Shown one piece after another: positions 38,949 through 50,624 of a DNA stretch of 64,000 nt (positions are counted from its first letter, which is position 1; every line of letters starts with the position of its first letter). The stretch is from Sarcophilus harrisii (taxonomy: Eukaryota), in NCBI GenBank assembly GCA_048593225.1, contig CM109175.1:261543655-261607654 (forward strand), read 5' to 3'. Made by a program: the position numbers and the translations under genes. The notes under the pieces are model-generated. The model worked only from the letters and a program-made list of their open reading frames with translations, ran no database searches and was not told where the DNA came from.

Positions 38949-39752
38949 GCTTTTCTTTATATTCCTCAGTACTTAGCATAATGCTTGGAATTTAGTAGGC
39001 TCTTAATAAATATATATTGACTGACTTCCTCCATAAGCATTCAGTAGTTCTTCAACAGAAAGGGAGAAAGCAGATGATATGGGGTAGCCTAGGATTAAGG
39101 TTTGGTAAGGCCTCAACTTCAAAAGGAAAAGAGGCTGAGGGGATTGGGAATAGTATCCATTTAAACTAGTTTATCATAGAAATAGGATTTAAAGGGAAAA
39201 GAACAGAATATAACTAATTGATTGGTGTTCCAGAGAATTAATAATAATAGCTAGCGTTTATATAGTGCTTACTTTGTCTCAAACATTAGCTAAATTACAA
39301 ATTTTATCTTATTTGATCCTTACATTAACCCTAGCAAATCAGAGTGGTTTGCTATTTCCCTTTCCAACTCATTTTACAGATACAGGTTAAGTGACCTGGC
39401 CAGAGTCACACAGCTAATAGATTTGAAGTCAGGGAGTTGAGCCTTCCAGACTCCTGGCCCAGACTCTATCCACTGTGATACCTAGCTGCCCAGTCTTTCC
39501 ACAGTCTTTTGATGTCTCCTCTGTGTCTTCTTTATGGGGAGTCATATCTTTACAGCTTTTCCCAAAGGAATATTAATTTCATTGCTTATACTTGAAAAAT
39601 ACCTTGAGATTTGGGGACTGATGCTGTTTGAGTGGTCTAGATTAGTGGCTATAAAAGAGTTAAGAATCCCCTTTAAATAGGCCACAGGTTTTAGGAGTGA
39701 AAGAATTCACTCATACCCGAATTATTAGTTGCAAAATGAAAGTTTATTGTTA

Positions 39753-40567
39753 TACTGATGCATTGTTGGTGGAATTGTGAACGAATCCAACCATTCAGGA
39801 GAGCAATCTGGAATTATGCCCAAAAAGTTATCAAACTGTGCATACCCTTTAAACCAGCAGTGCTACTACTGGGCTTATACCCCAAAAAGATACTAAAGAA
39901 GGGAAAGGGCCCTGTATGTGCCAAAATGTTTGTGGCAGCCCTGTTTGTAGTGGCCAGAAACTGGAAACTGAATGGATGCCCATCAATTGAAGAATGGTTG
40001 GGTAAATTGTGGTATATGAATGTTATGGAATATTATTGTTCTGTAAGAAATGACCAGCAGGATGACTACAGAGAGGCTTGGAGAGACTTACATGAACTGG
40101 TGCTAAGTGAAATGAGCAGAAACAGGAGATCATTATATACGTCAACAACAATATTGTATGAGGATGTATTCTGATGGAAGTGGATTTCTTTGTCAGAGAC
40201 CTAACTCAGTTTCAATTGATCAATGATGGACAGAAGCAGCTACATCCAAAGAAAGAACACTGGGAAATGAATGTAAACTGTTTGCATTTTTGTTTTTCTT
40301 CGGGGTTATTTTTACCTTCTGAATCCAATTCTTCCTGTGCAACAAGAGAACTGTTTGGTTCTGCACACATATATTGTATCTAGGATATACTGCGACATAT
40401 TTAATATATATAGGACTGCTTGCCATCTAGGGGAGGGGGCGGAGGGTGGGAGGGAAAAATCGGAACAGAAGTGAGTGCAAGGGATAATGTTGTAAAAAAA
40501 TTACCCTGGCATGGGTTCTGTCAATAAAAAGTTATTATAATAAAAACAAAACAAAACAAAACAAAAA
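39753..40567 (+). mobile_element. 5'-truncated L1 3' end with 15-bp TSD (gaaagtttattgtta at 39738..39752 and 40568..40582)
   Basis: ORF 39758..40174 gives HCWWNCERIQPFRRAIWNYAQKVIKLCIPFKPAVLLLGLYPKKILKKGKGPVCAKMFVAALFVVARNWKLNGCPSIEEWLGKLWYMNVMEYYCSVRNDQ (L1 ORF2 end). 3'UTR ends in (AAAAC)n. Identical flanking 15-mers. Confidence 0.8.
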
Positions 40568-42761
40568 GAAAGTTTATTGTTAGATAGAAATCACTTTACC
40601 CAGAGACTGACTTCTTATTTGCAGATCTATGGAAAAATGGAGTTTTGCACTGAGAATGCAATTCTCAGTGGACAGAAAGTCCTGGCAGCAAAGGGAGCTA
40701 ACAAGGTCCATCTGCAAAAACTTTAGTTGATGGAAGCTGTTATATTGAGTGTCTTGGTGGAGGATAGGACCACCCAAGCAGAGCAGGCAGACCTGGAGGG
40801 GGATAGTGGGTAGAGTCCCAAGTTGGCTCATCTACAAGCTGGGTTTCAGCTCGAGTTGGAATTTGAATTGAATGAGTTTCCTTAATTGAATAGGGTTGGA
40901 ATTCTAAATAACAGAATGAAACTGTTTGCTTTGTTTCCCTCACTGAGGCAAAGTTGAAGGAGATTTTCTCCTTCAATGAGTTTTAGAGTTTCAGGGTCCC
41001 TTCTTCAGGGACTAGATTTTTCCCCCTCATTTATTTATTCTATCATTTTTTTTTTAAATCTGGGGTAATTAATTTTTTATCTCTCATAGTTTCATTTAAT
41101 ATTTCTTGAAATGTTGCTCTGAAAAAATAGGTTTTGAATAAATACATTGTATTTCAAATGGAACTATTTGATTATGCCTTTAAAGTGAAAATCACTCTGT
41201 TTTTCACCATTTGGCCAGCAATAGGTCCCAGCCCAATCTCACTTGCTCATTGTTGGATTTTGGTGGATCAAGAGAGTGCAAGTAGCAATTTGCTTTAGCC
41301 AGAAACAATGAGTTTTCCCCTTCCAGATGGAAGTTTTTCTGGAGGCAGCCTGAGTCTCAGTTGAAATAAATAATTACTCCAAAATCGCAGCCAGCCGGTA
41401 AAAATGCAAACATTTATTTCTCCTTCCAAATTAGCCCGGTTAGTTGAGGCCTATCTCTCTGCCTGGCTCCAAGAGATCTTGCAGCTTTGTCCTTGGCTTC
41501 TGCCTCTGCTTTCTTCAGCCTCCAGCCAGCACCAAGGTAGAACATTACAATGAATCCCTCTTGCCTCGAAGATAGGGCTTGTAGTCTTTCTTCTAGAGTG
41601 TCCTGTGGCCCTGGGAGCTTCTTGTTTATATGCTGTGCACTGAGTACACACTCATCATTATATGGCTGGGAAACCATTATTTGTTGTAGGATTAAATCAG
41701 TGCTAAACTAGATTTAGCCATTGTTTCTATCAGTTCCACTTAGTACCTTGTTTCAAGTTCTGGCCCAAAATATCTCTTTCTAAGATCAAATCAACTCCAA
41801 TGGCTTAACAGTTTGTAAAGATTCCAACATCCAGATTCTTTTGGGAAGGTAAATTGGGACATCTTTTGTTTCATTGTTATCTAGCTTTTAATATTGAATA
41901 CAAATTTACACCTGGGAAAGATCCTCTCTTTAAAAGGTCAAGGTCACCCACTCCATCCTGGGTCATCAACAGTTTCTTGGCATTAGACTTCAGTGATTCT
42001 GGAAGAGACCTGACAACTTTGTACAGCTCTGATTCACTTAAGTCCAATTCATGAGCAAGTGAAGATATCAACCTCCTGATGTCATTGGTTCTTTTTGAGA
42101 ACCCTTGGTAAATCATTACTATAATCATGCTCTGCCTTTCTGGTGGGAAGTGTGAGAAATGCTGAAAAGTTGCAAGCTTTGAGGTAGTGTGAGATAGTGG
42201 GTACCACTGACCTAGAAGTTTTAAGAATGTGAAAGGTTAAGGAAAGTTAGGTTTCACAGAACAATTATGTGATCAATAGGAGCCTTGAACAAACAAGGAA
42301 CTGGGAGGCTAAGAAGGCACAGGTGGATTCAGCCAATCAGAAAGATCTGTCTTGTGGTTGTTGAGAAAACCACAAACTTAAGGTAATGGGCCATCCAGTC
42401 CAAACTAGTTGGGGTCAATGACAGAACTTGACCAAATCATTAGTGAGCCTGCTAATAGGCTAATTGATTAAACAATACCTTCCAGAAGAGGAGTTTTCCA
42501 CCATTTTTGAACATGGGATGCATGATTGGGGGGGGGGGGGGATGTTTTATATATATTAAGGGGAAACCTGTAGTGGGTGTATCAGAATGATTGTAACCTG
42601 GATAAAATGGACAAATCTGCTCTCTGAAGGGAAGAGCAAGTATAAAGGTTCTCCCACTTCTGTACCCAGTGCTCCCTCTTTCTGAAGAGGAGTAGGGCCC
42701 ATTTCTGGCCAGAAACATTAAGACAATTCCCTAAGAGTCTTCTTTAATAAATTTTCTTCGA

Positions 42762-42925
42762 TGGGGCAGCTAGGTGGCCCAGTGGATAGAGCACCAACCC
42801 TGAAGTCAGGAGGACCTGAGTTCAAATATGGCCTTAGACACTTAACATGTTCTGGCTGTGTGACCCTGGGCAAGTCACTTAACCCCAATTGCCTCAGCAA
42901 ATCAAAAAAGAAAAGAAAAGAATAC
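42762..42925 (+). mobile_element. MAR1-type SINE nested in the ERV
   Basis: ggggcagctaggtggcccagtggatagagcaccaaccctgaagtcaggaggacctgagttcaaatatggccttagacacttaacatgttctggctgtgtgaccctgggcaagtcacttaaccccaattgcctcagc is near-consensus MAR1. Confidence 0.75.
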
Positions 42926-44352
42926 TTTCCTCGATATCTGATTTTCAGTGTCAAGAGTGTTATTTCTAACAATTTTGGTGCCCAAAGTGGGGGCTTGACT
43001 TGTAGAACTTGGTTGGAGCAGGGTAAGACCCCTTGGGAAGAGTGCTCCCAGAACCAGCCAGCAGACCAGGCAAGGCAATATAGGAAACAAAGATAAGGGA
43101 TGTTCCTTTCTAGCACAAGGCTGAAGTGGGCAGCTTTGGGCTGTCCCTACCTTGCAGAAACCATCTGGCAGAAATCTATGCCAAAGTCTAGAGCAGGCAG
43201 GTTTGAGCTGCGCCAGAAATTGCTGAATTTGCAGATAGGAGAGAGATGGGTTCTAGGCCTAGGGAAACGGGAGGAATCCCAGGGAAGGGATTGGGAGAAT
43301 GCTCCCAGGAGTAGGGGGCAAGAAAGAGAAGAGACAACTCTGTCCTAGACAGAAGGAAGAGGAATTTAAAAACAGTTTGTGTATGAGTGAGCCTATTTTG
43401 TTTTCAGTTTCTCTCAACCGATTAATAAAGGAAAAAGTTCTGGCTATTTGAGATTTAAAAGCACTTGTTTTGAACATAATTGGACTTATGCAAATAGCTT
43501 TTAGCTAGAAAGAGGAAGGATTAGTTTTCAAAAAGAGAAAGTTTTTAACTGCTGCATCAAAAAGAAAAGAAAAATAAAACTTGATATATTTCTGTGGACA
43601 TACCAATTTACTTCTGCAGCCACAGTTAAAGTTATAGAATTTTTAAAACATTTCAGCAGATTCTAGGGGTTTTGAGACTAATCATTAAGTTGCTTGGCAC
43701 TGTCTCTCAGTAGAATAACTTCAGTTAGTCTATTGTATTTTTAAGTAGGCCTAATTTATACAACCAGAAGCCTCCCTAGCGCCAGAACTTGTGCCTTACT
43801 AGAAAAACAAAACCAAAAAAGCCCTCTTGAGGAGAGGGTTGTGAAATCTATCCTAGCTAGGCTGACGTCCCTCACTGGTCTGTATTCTTTTAGAGTTTGT
43901 GCTAGTGCCTCAACATCGACCTGGCCTCCTCCCCTGCATTTCTGGCATGGGAGAGTGGGCTAGTCATTGTGCCACAGACTTGCAGCTGGACACCTGGGTC
44001 CAGATTTCTCCATTCTTTCCCCCCGGGATCCTAAAGTCCTACAATTTCTTAAAGCTCTGTAGATGAACTTGAAAGAACAGTTTTCTGCTATCTTAATTTT
44101 GGAACTGTGTGTTTGTGAACATGTTTATTCTGGTATAAGATTTTAGAAATATGAGTGCATTTATATTGAAATATTGCTAGAAGTTTAAATTTATATTTGA
44201 TTTGATTTTAACTTTTAAAAAATTGGATATTAAAACAAAATTCTCTGGTAATTAATCTAAAAAGGTCACATGTTGACTTCTTATCTGAAGTACTTGATCT
44301 GCTCTTCAGGGGATGGCCTGAGTGCATACAAGCAGTAGCTGCAATTGCCTTA

Positions 44353-44595
44353 TTGATAGCAGAAATTCGAAAATTGACTTTTGGGGGAGCATTGATAGTA
44401 AGCCTCCCACATCAAGTTAGGTCCATCCTAAACCAAAGGGCAGGTCATTGGCTGACTGATTCAAGAATCTTAAAATATGAATCATTGTTGCTGGAAAAAG
44501 ATGACTTGATTTTAAGCACTGAGAACTGTATCATTCTAGCCACCTTCTACAGAAAAGTGAATCAAGTCAGGCAGAACCTGAACATAGTGGTCTGA
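44353..44595 (+). pseudogene. ERV pol remnant: RT C-terminal/connection region
   Basis: ...QRAGHWLTDSRILKYESLLLEKDDLILSTENCIILATFYRK resembles gammaretroviral [37 protein letters not shown]. Confidence 0.5.
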
Positions 44596-45786
44596 ATGTA
44601 ATGGACTTCCAAACCAAAGTTAGATTGGAAAGTGATATTCCTTTTGATACAGAAGAACGTTGTTTATAGATGGGTCTTCACAGTAGTTGAAGGAAAGAGA
44701 AGAAATGGTTATGAGGTGGTTAGTGGCAGTGTAGAGTTGAGGTGTGAGAATCCCCTTCTGGCTGGTCCAGGTTCAACCTGAAAGAATTCATGAACCTGAA
44801 ATATTAGTGGCAAAAAAGGGAAGTTTTATTGTTGGCACTGCAGAAGTCAGTCTTTACTAGGAAGACTGACTTCTGAGTGACAAGGTCCTGGCAGAGAAAT
44901 AAAGGTTGTAGCAGAGAAATCCTGGCAGAGAAATAAAAAGGGGTTATCTCTGAGAAGAGAATGTCTTCACAGCAGGTGGGAGTCCTACCAGGCAGCTGTC
45001 CTGGCAGGCAGCTATGCCAAGGAGAGAGCGATTCCTTGACAAGACATAATCCTGCTGAGGACATTCTGCAAGGAAATGAGTTTTAAATTGCCTTTTAATA
45101 GGAAATCTGAGACACAGGTTTCAATTGAATAAGATTCCTTCAATGTTATCACTGCCCCCAGGCTTAGATTTCCAATTGAATGAGACCACTTAAGTTCCAG
45201 CTAAATAGGAGTGGTCCTGGACTAATTTTCAACTCAATAAAGGGTACAATTACTCAATAGAGGGTGTAGCTAGTCCCACCATGGATAACACAATGAAACT
45301 ACTTATCTTGATTCCCTGAGGCAGGTCTCTCCCAGAGGAGAGTTCTTCAGTGTTTCCCTCCCATCACTCCAAAAGTTTAAGGGGAACACTATTTGCATCA
45401 GTTATGTAATCATAAATGGGAAAGATTAGTCAGTCCAAGAATCTGGATCCCTGTCAAAGAATTAGTCATGTGTGGTATGCAACTCACCCAATAAGTAAGG
45501 AGACAATTTATTCAGTTCTCATGAGAAGCAGGCAGTCACTCTCACCATATGGAGAGGTGAAAATGAGGGCTCCGACCACAGACAGAAAGGGCACTTCTGA
45601 AAATAGGAACCTGATCCCAGAGCTTAGTTAATTTATAATTTGTCTTTTGAAGAAATATCAAATTTTCCGTTCCATCAGCACAGATATGTGAACTCTATTC
45701 TCTAAATCAGGCCCTTAAGAAACTGAGTGAGAAAGAAGGAATTATATATACAGATTCCAAATATGCCTATGAGGTAGTCCATACTT

Positions 45787-45984
45787 TTGAAGTTCCATAC
45801 TTGGGAGGAACAGGGCCTCATAAGTAGTAAGGGAAAGGATTTGGCTCATGATAAACTAATCAAACAAGTATTAGAAAAATTATTATTGCCATCAGAAATA
45901 GCGGTGGTACACATCAAGGGTCACCAAATGGGAAGCTTGCTGGAAGTGAGGGGAAATAGGCTTGCAGATAAGGAAGCAAGATGA
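45787..45984 (+). pseudogene. ERV pol remnant: RNase H C-terminus
   Basis: ...EIAVVHIKGHQMGSLLEVRGNRLADKEAR matches retroviral RNase H ...[26 protein letters not shown]. Confidence 0.6.
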
Positions 45985-46239
45985 ACTGGGCTAAGTGATA
46001 GAAAAAAACCCATATTAGTCTTAATACCTTAAATAGATCATCCTAAAGTGATTCCGTCTTTAATCAAAGGGACACAGAAGAGTTGTCTAAATTAGGGGCT
46101 AGTACTAAGGATGAGAAAGGATGGTGGGTACTTCCAAAATGTTAAGCAAAGGAATAACAAGAAAATTGATGGGAATTCTCCATAAAGGGAGTCACTGGGG
46201 AACCCAGCTACTCTGTGATATGACTCTTAAACAGTCTGG

Positions 46240-47130
46240 GTGTCTTGGAATTTATATAGTGGCAATGAGATTTATACAATGGCAAAACAAATCACAGAAA
46301 GATGTGTGATATACCAGAAGGTTAACAAAAAGGTCCTGAGGAAACATATAAAGGGAGGGGGGGGGGGGGGAGAAATCTCACTAAGATGCCTCCAAAGTAT
46401 TCAGCTGGATTTCACTGAAATGTCACTAATCGGAAAACTGAAACATTTTCTGGTAATTATAGATCACTTACCTGAATGGAGAGAAGCCTATCCTCTGAGC
46501 TCACTCACAGCAGCTGGGGTCAGCAAAGTCGTCCTTGATCAGATCATTCCTCAGTTTGGGTTAGTGGAAAGGATCAACTTGGACAATGGAACTCATTTTA
46601 CTACTAGAGTATTACACAATATCATGATGTGATTAGGAATTAAAAGAGAATTCCATACCCCTTGGCATGTACCTTCCTCAGGAAGAATAGAGCCAATGAA
46701 TCAAACTTTGAAACAACAGATCATTACATTAGGCATTGAAACATGGTTACCTTGGATGAAATGTTTGCCACTAAGTCAGAATGGCCCTTAGGTGGGATAT
46801 ATAGCATTATCACCCTTTGAAATGTTGTATGGAATGCTTTACCCAGGGAGGGAAGGAAAGGTTCCAACTTTCAGAGGAAGGACAGGTTTCTAAGAGGCTA
46901 TTTACTGGCAGTATCTACTTGTCTTTCACAACTTCCATTGAAAGGACTCCTTGCTCAGACTTCACCTCTTGAATTCACTATATATACATCCATTCAAACC
47001 AGGTGACTGGGTACTGATAAAAAAATCTAGGAAAGGTTACTTCTTAACTGGGATGGGCCATTCCAGATTTTGCTAACCATTGAGACTGCTAAAGGAGGTT
47101 GGACTCATTACACTAAAGTTAAGGGACCTG
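46240..47130 (+). pseudogene. ERV pol remnant: integrase (catalytic core and C-terminal domain, frameshifted)
   Basis: LDFTEMSLIGKLKHFLVIIDHLPEWREAYPLSSLTAAGVSKVVLDQIIPQFGLVERINLDNGTHFTTRVL (D,D-35-E core pattern). Downstream frameshifted ...WDGPFQILLTIETAKGGWTHYTKVK (integrase C-terminus). 19-nt G homopolymer at 46352..46370 interrupts it. Confidence 0.6.
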
Positions 47131-48136
47131 TTTCTGAACCAGGAGAATTGGATAAAGTGGAGAAAACAAACAAATTAAAGAGAAATGCTAAATTAGAATG
47201 GTTATTTTTGAGGAAGATTAAAATATAAATGAGGAATGTAAGATATTAAAAGGTCTGAAGAAGGGGCAACAGAAAAGATGTGGAAACCAAATCCTTATTA
47301 AAAAGGAAATAGGAAAATTGTGAGAAATGCTGAAAAGTTGGGTTTCCATAGTGTTCCAAGCTTTGAGGTAGTGTGGGATAGTGGGTACCACTGACCTAGA
47401 GATTTTCAGAATGTGAGAGGTTAAGGAAGGTTAGGATTCACAGAACAATTAAATGATCAATAGAAGCCTTGAGCAAACAAGGAATTGGGGGACTTGGAAG
47501 GCAGCCATCAGAAAGTCTTGTGGTTTTGAGAAAACCACAAATTTAAGGTAATAGCCCACCCAACCCAAACTAGTTGAGGTCAGTGACAGGATTTGATCAA
47601 ATCATTACTGCATCTTGTGAGCTGAGCTTTGAAGGAAGATTAGAATTCTTCAGGGAGGGGGTAAGATGCTTTGAAGAAAGCTTGGGATTCTACAGAGGGG
47701 CTGTGTTCTTGTTATGGGGACTAACCTGCAAAGACTTGGAAAGAAGAGATGGAACATCTAATATAGGAAATAGTTGGTATGCCAGTTTGCCTGAAATATA
47801 GAAAGAAGAAAATTATACACATGAACATGGGAAGAGGATGAAGGAGGATTGTGAAAGGTTTTACAAGCCACATACCAGAATGTATTTTATCCTAAAGTCA
47901 AATAGGGAACACTTTTTAGACTGGAATAATCCATTTGGAGCTGTGTTCTGGGAATATTAATTTCAAAATGGTATGGAAGATGGACTGGAGAGAGAAAAAA
48001 CTAGAATCAAGGAGACCACTTTGAAGGCCATTATAATAACCAATTGAAAAACAATTAAGGCTTGAACTGGGGTGGTGGGCTGATATAAAGTGGAAATAAG
48101 AGGACAGAATTCCATAAGTTATCCATGCTGTTGTGA

Positions 48137-48428
48137 CCCCTTTTGGAGTATTTTTTTTTTCTTTTTTGGCAAAGATAGAGGAATGGTTTGCCATTCCTTC
48201 TCTAGCTCATTTTACAGATGAGTAGCTCAGGCAAACAAGATTAGACCAAGATAACAAACAGGGACCAAGATAAAACACCTAATACCAAGCAACAAGCAAA
48301 CCAAAAGACCAAGATATTAGACTTGCTCATGGTCATGCAGTAAATGTCTGAGGTCAAATTTGAACTCAGGAAGATGATTCTTCCCGATTTCAGGCCCAGC
48401 ATTCTATCCACCATACCACCTAGCTGCT
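48137..48428 (-). mobile_element. marsupial tRNA-derived SINE (MAR1/SINE1-like), reverse orientation with poly-T start
   Basis: Reverse complement reads gcagctaggtggtatggtggatagaatgctgggcctgaaatcgggaagaatcatcttcctgagttcaaatttgacctcagacatttactgcatgaccatgagcaagtc.... Confidence 0.6.
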
Positions 48429-50122
48429 CTGATATTTTACCCATATACAATGTGATACAGAGGAAAGAGTATGTATTTGTAGTCAGAAGACGTGGTTTTC
48501 AATTTTGGTTCTTACATTTATCTGTATGACCATGTTTCTCTGGTTTGCTCATCTGAAAAACAAGGGGAGCTGAAGAATTTTTCCCCAAGAAAATGTAAAA
48601 AATATGGATACATAATATTTAGAAGAATTGCAATAAAAAAAAACATAGGAATGATTGCTCCAAATCTTTATGAAAAAATTTCAAATTAAAATAGCTCCAT
48701 GAGGCTAAAAATTTGAGTGTTTTCAAGTACTGAGCATAATCAGTCATTCAATCAATCAACAAGTGTTTATGAAGTATTTAGTGGGTGCCAACTACTATGC
48801 TAACTTATCATCTACTTTGTTGATCAGTTGTTCAGATGTATTCTATTCTTCTGACTCCCTGGCCCATAACATGTCAAAGTGGGTCCAAGTAAGTTCATGC
48901 TCATTGTTTACATGTTTACATATTTATCTATTTCATCCTCTATTGCCCCTTTTCCTTTTGTCTTCAAATTTTTCCAATATGAGGATTTTTTCCAATTTAT
49001 CTATGGTCAAAGTATTTAAGATTCAGCTTTCAGTGTTTGATCTTCTAGTAAAGACCTTACATTAATTTAAGTATTATAGGACAAAACAAAAACAGTTTCT
49101 GCTCTTAAAAAGTTTAATTTTTTAATGAGGTGGGCAACATGAATGCAGATTGTTATATGAAAATGTTTGGAAACCAGAAGAGACTGGTTTTGGCTGGGGA
49201 TCAGGGGTGACCTAATGGAGGTGATATTTCAGTTTTGTGCCATTTGGGCAATGGCATAAAGCATAGTTTGACTGGATGATAAGGTGAGTAACGAGTCAAT
49301 CTTATAGAAAACTTTGAAATTAATCTTTATATGATAATGATACCTATAAGTTTATATAGTTTAAAATTATTTCAATATAAGTAAAATATCTGAGTTGCCC
49401 AATTAGGATAAAACTAGAAAGGCAGATTAGGACCAGACTGGGGTGGTGAAAGCCAGTGTTAGGAGTTTTAAACTTTGAAGGAAAGGGGAATATAAGTTTT
49501 TGGATAGGTATGGGATGGCTAGAATGCTTATTAGAATGGTATATAATAAAGAAGATTAATCAAGCATCATCATATAGATGGTCTAAGAGGACCTGTAGGC
49601 TGTTTGCCTAGTCAGAACTTTATTTAGGAGCATAGATTTAGAGCTGAAAGTGACCTTAGAGGCCAGTAAGCTGAATGTTCTCATTTTACAGATAAGGAAA
49701 CTGAGAGGTTAAATGACTTGCCCAGAGTCATAGCTAATTAAAGTCTGAGATGGGATTTCAAGTCCAGTGCTCTAGCTCAATACTATAGGTATAAATGCTT
49801 AGGATCCAAATGCTGAGGGGATGCAAAAGAGATTACTTATTGAACCATTGTTTTATTAAGGATTTAATTGAGTTGCCAGATTAGGATATTTTATATCTAT
49901 ATAAAAGAAGTCCTTTAAAGATATAGAATGAATTGAAATTTGATGATCAGAGTATTCAAATAATTGTCATTAGCCTGATTTTATAAGTAGATTTTCCTTT
50001 AAAAAAAAAAAAGGAAATCCAAATAACAGGTTACTTTTTTTAAAAAGTGTATCACAGAGCCTAGATAGGATACTTTACCTTAACTTGTTTTAAATTTATA
50101 TATTTTGGATAACTATTTTTCT

Positions 50123-50310
50123 TTTTTTATTTTTAATAGCTTTTTATTTACAAGTTATATGCATGGGTAATTTTATAGCATTGACAATTGCCAAACCTTT
50201 TGTTCCAATTTTTCCCCTCCTTTCCCCCACCCCCTCCCCTAGATGGCAGGATAACCAATACATGTTAAATATATTAAAGTATAAATTAAATACAAAATAA
50301 GTATACATGT
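50123..50310 (-). mobile_element. Short L1 3'-end fragment with 16-bp TSD (ttggataactattttt)
   Basis: Poly-T, then tttttaatagctttttatttacaagttatatgcatgggtaattttatagcattgacaattgccaaacc...ggcaggataaccaatacatg...aagtatacatg. Flanked by identical ttggataactattttt at 50106..50121 and 50311..50326. Confidence 0.7.
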
Positions 50311-50547
50311 TGGATAACTATTTTTCAGTATAATTGTTTTTTTTTTTTTTTGATAATCCTATGCAATTTATTTTTATGAATTTAAAAATATCATTTTGAG
50401 AAGGGTTTCCATATGCTTCACTACATTGTCAAAAGGGTCTAAATCTCTAAAAGATTAAGTACCTGTTCTAAAAACAGGAAAGTACAAAAGTACAAAAAAC
50501 ACTTTTTAAGGTAAGGGAAGGGTGGGCCTTTGCCTTGGACTAACTAG

Positions 50548-50624
50548 CCAATCAGGTGCTTCCATTGCTTCTTAAAGCCATTTCCGGGCTCTCCTACCTT
50601 ATTTTTTTTTCTGCTGGTGGCCTG
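50548..50624 (+). promoter_or_regulatory. Candidate promoter/first exon of a snoRNA-host-like transcript: CCAAT box (50548..50552), ~27-nt 5'TOP-like pyrimidine tract (50590..50616), consensus donor G|GTGAGT at 50624/50625
   Basis: agCCAATcag then cTCTCCTACCTTATTTTTTTTTCTGCTGGTGGCCTG|GTGAGTAG. Lies 1.7 kb upstream of the first intronic C/D snoRNA-like element. Confidence 0.35.

Larger units (their letters stand above)
42149..47640 (+). mobile_element. Degraded gamma-like endogenous retrovirus: pol remnants flanked by ~300-bp direct repeats (candidate LTR remnants) at 42149..~42470 and 47320..~47640
   Basis: Two same-orientation copies of tgtgagaaatgctgaaaagttg...ctttgaggtagtgtgRgatagtgggtaccactgacctaga...ggttaaggaa.gttagg.ttcacagaacaatta..tgatcaataggagccttga.caaacaaggaa.tggg...gagaaaaccacaaa.ttaaggtaatRgcccA.ccA.tccaaactagttgRggtcaRtgacag..tt.gaccaaatcatta (~85% identity) bracket RT, RNase H and integrase fragments. 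Both start with TG. Internal region is too short for complete gag/env. Confidence 0.5.

Noticed and set aside
41414-41677. Minus-strand 87-aa ORF (…HINKKLPGPQDTLEERLQ…KKAEAEAKDKAARSLGARQRDRP)
   Set aside because: Low-complexity, no recognisable domain. Could be a degraded ERV or env remnant next to the candidate 5' LTR, but evidence is insufficient.
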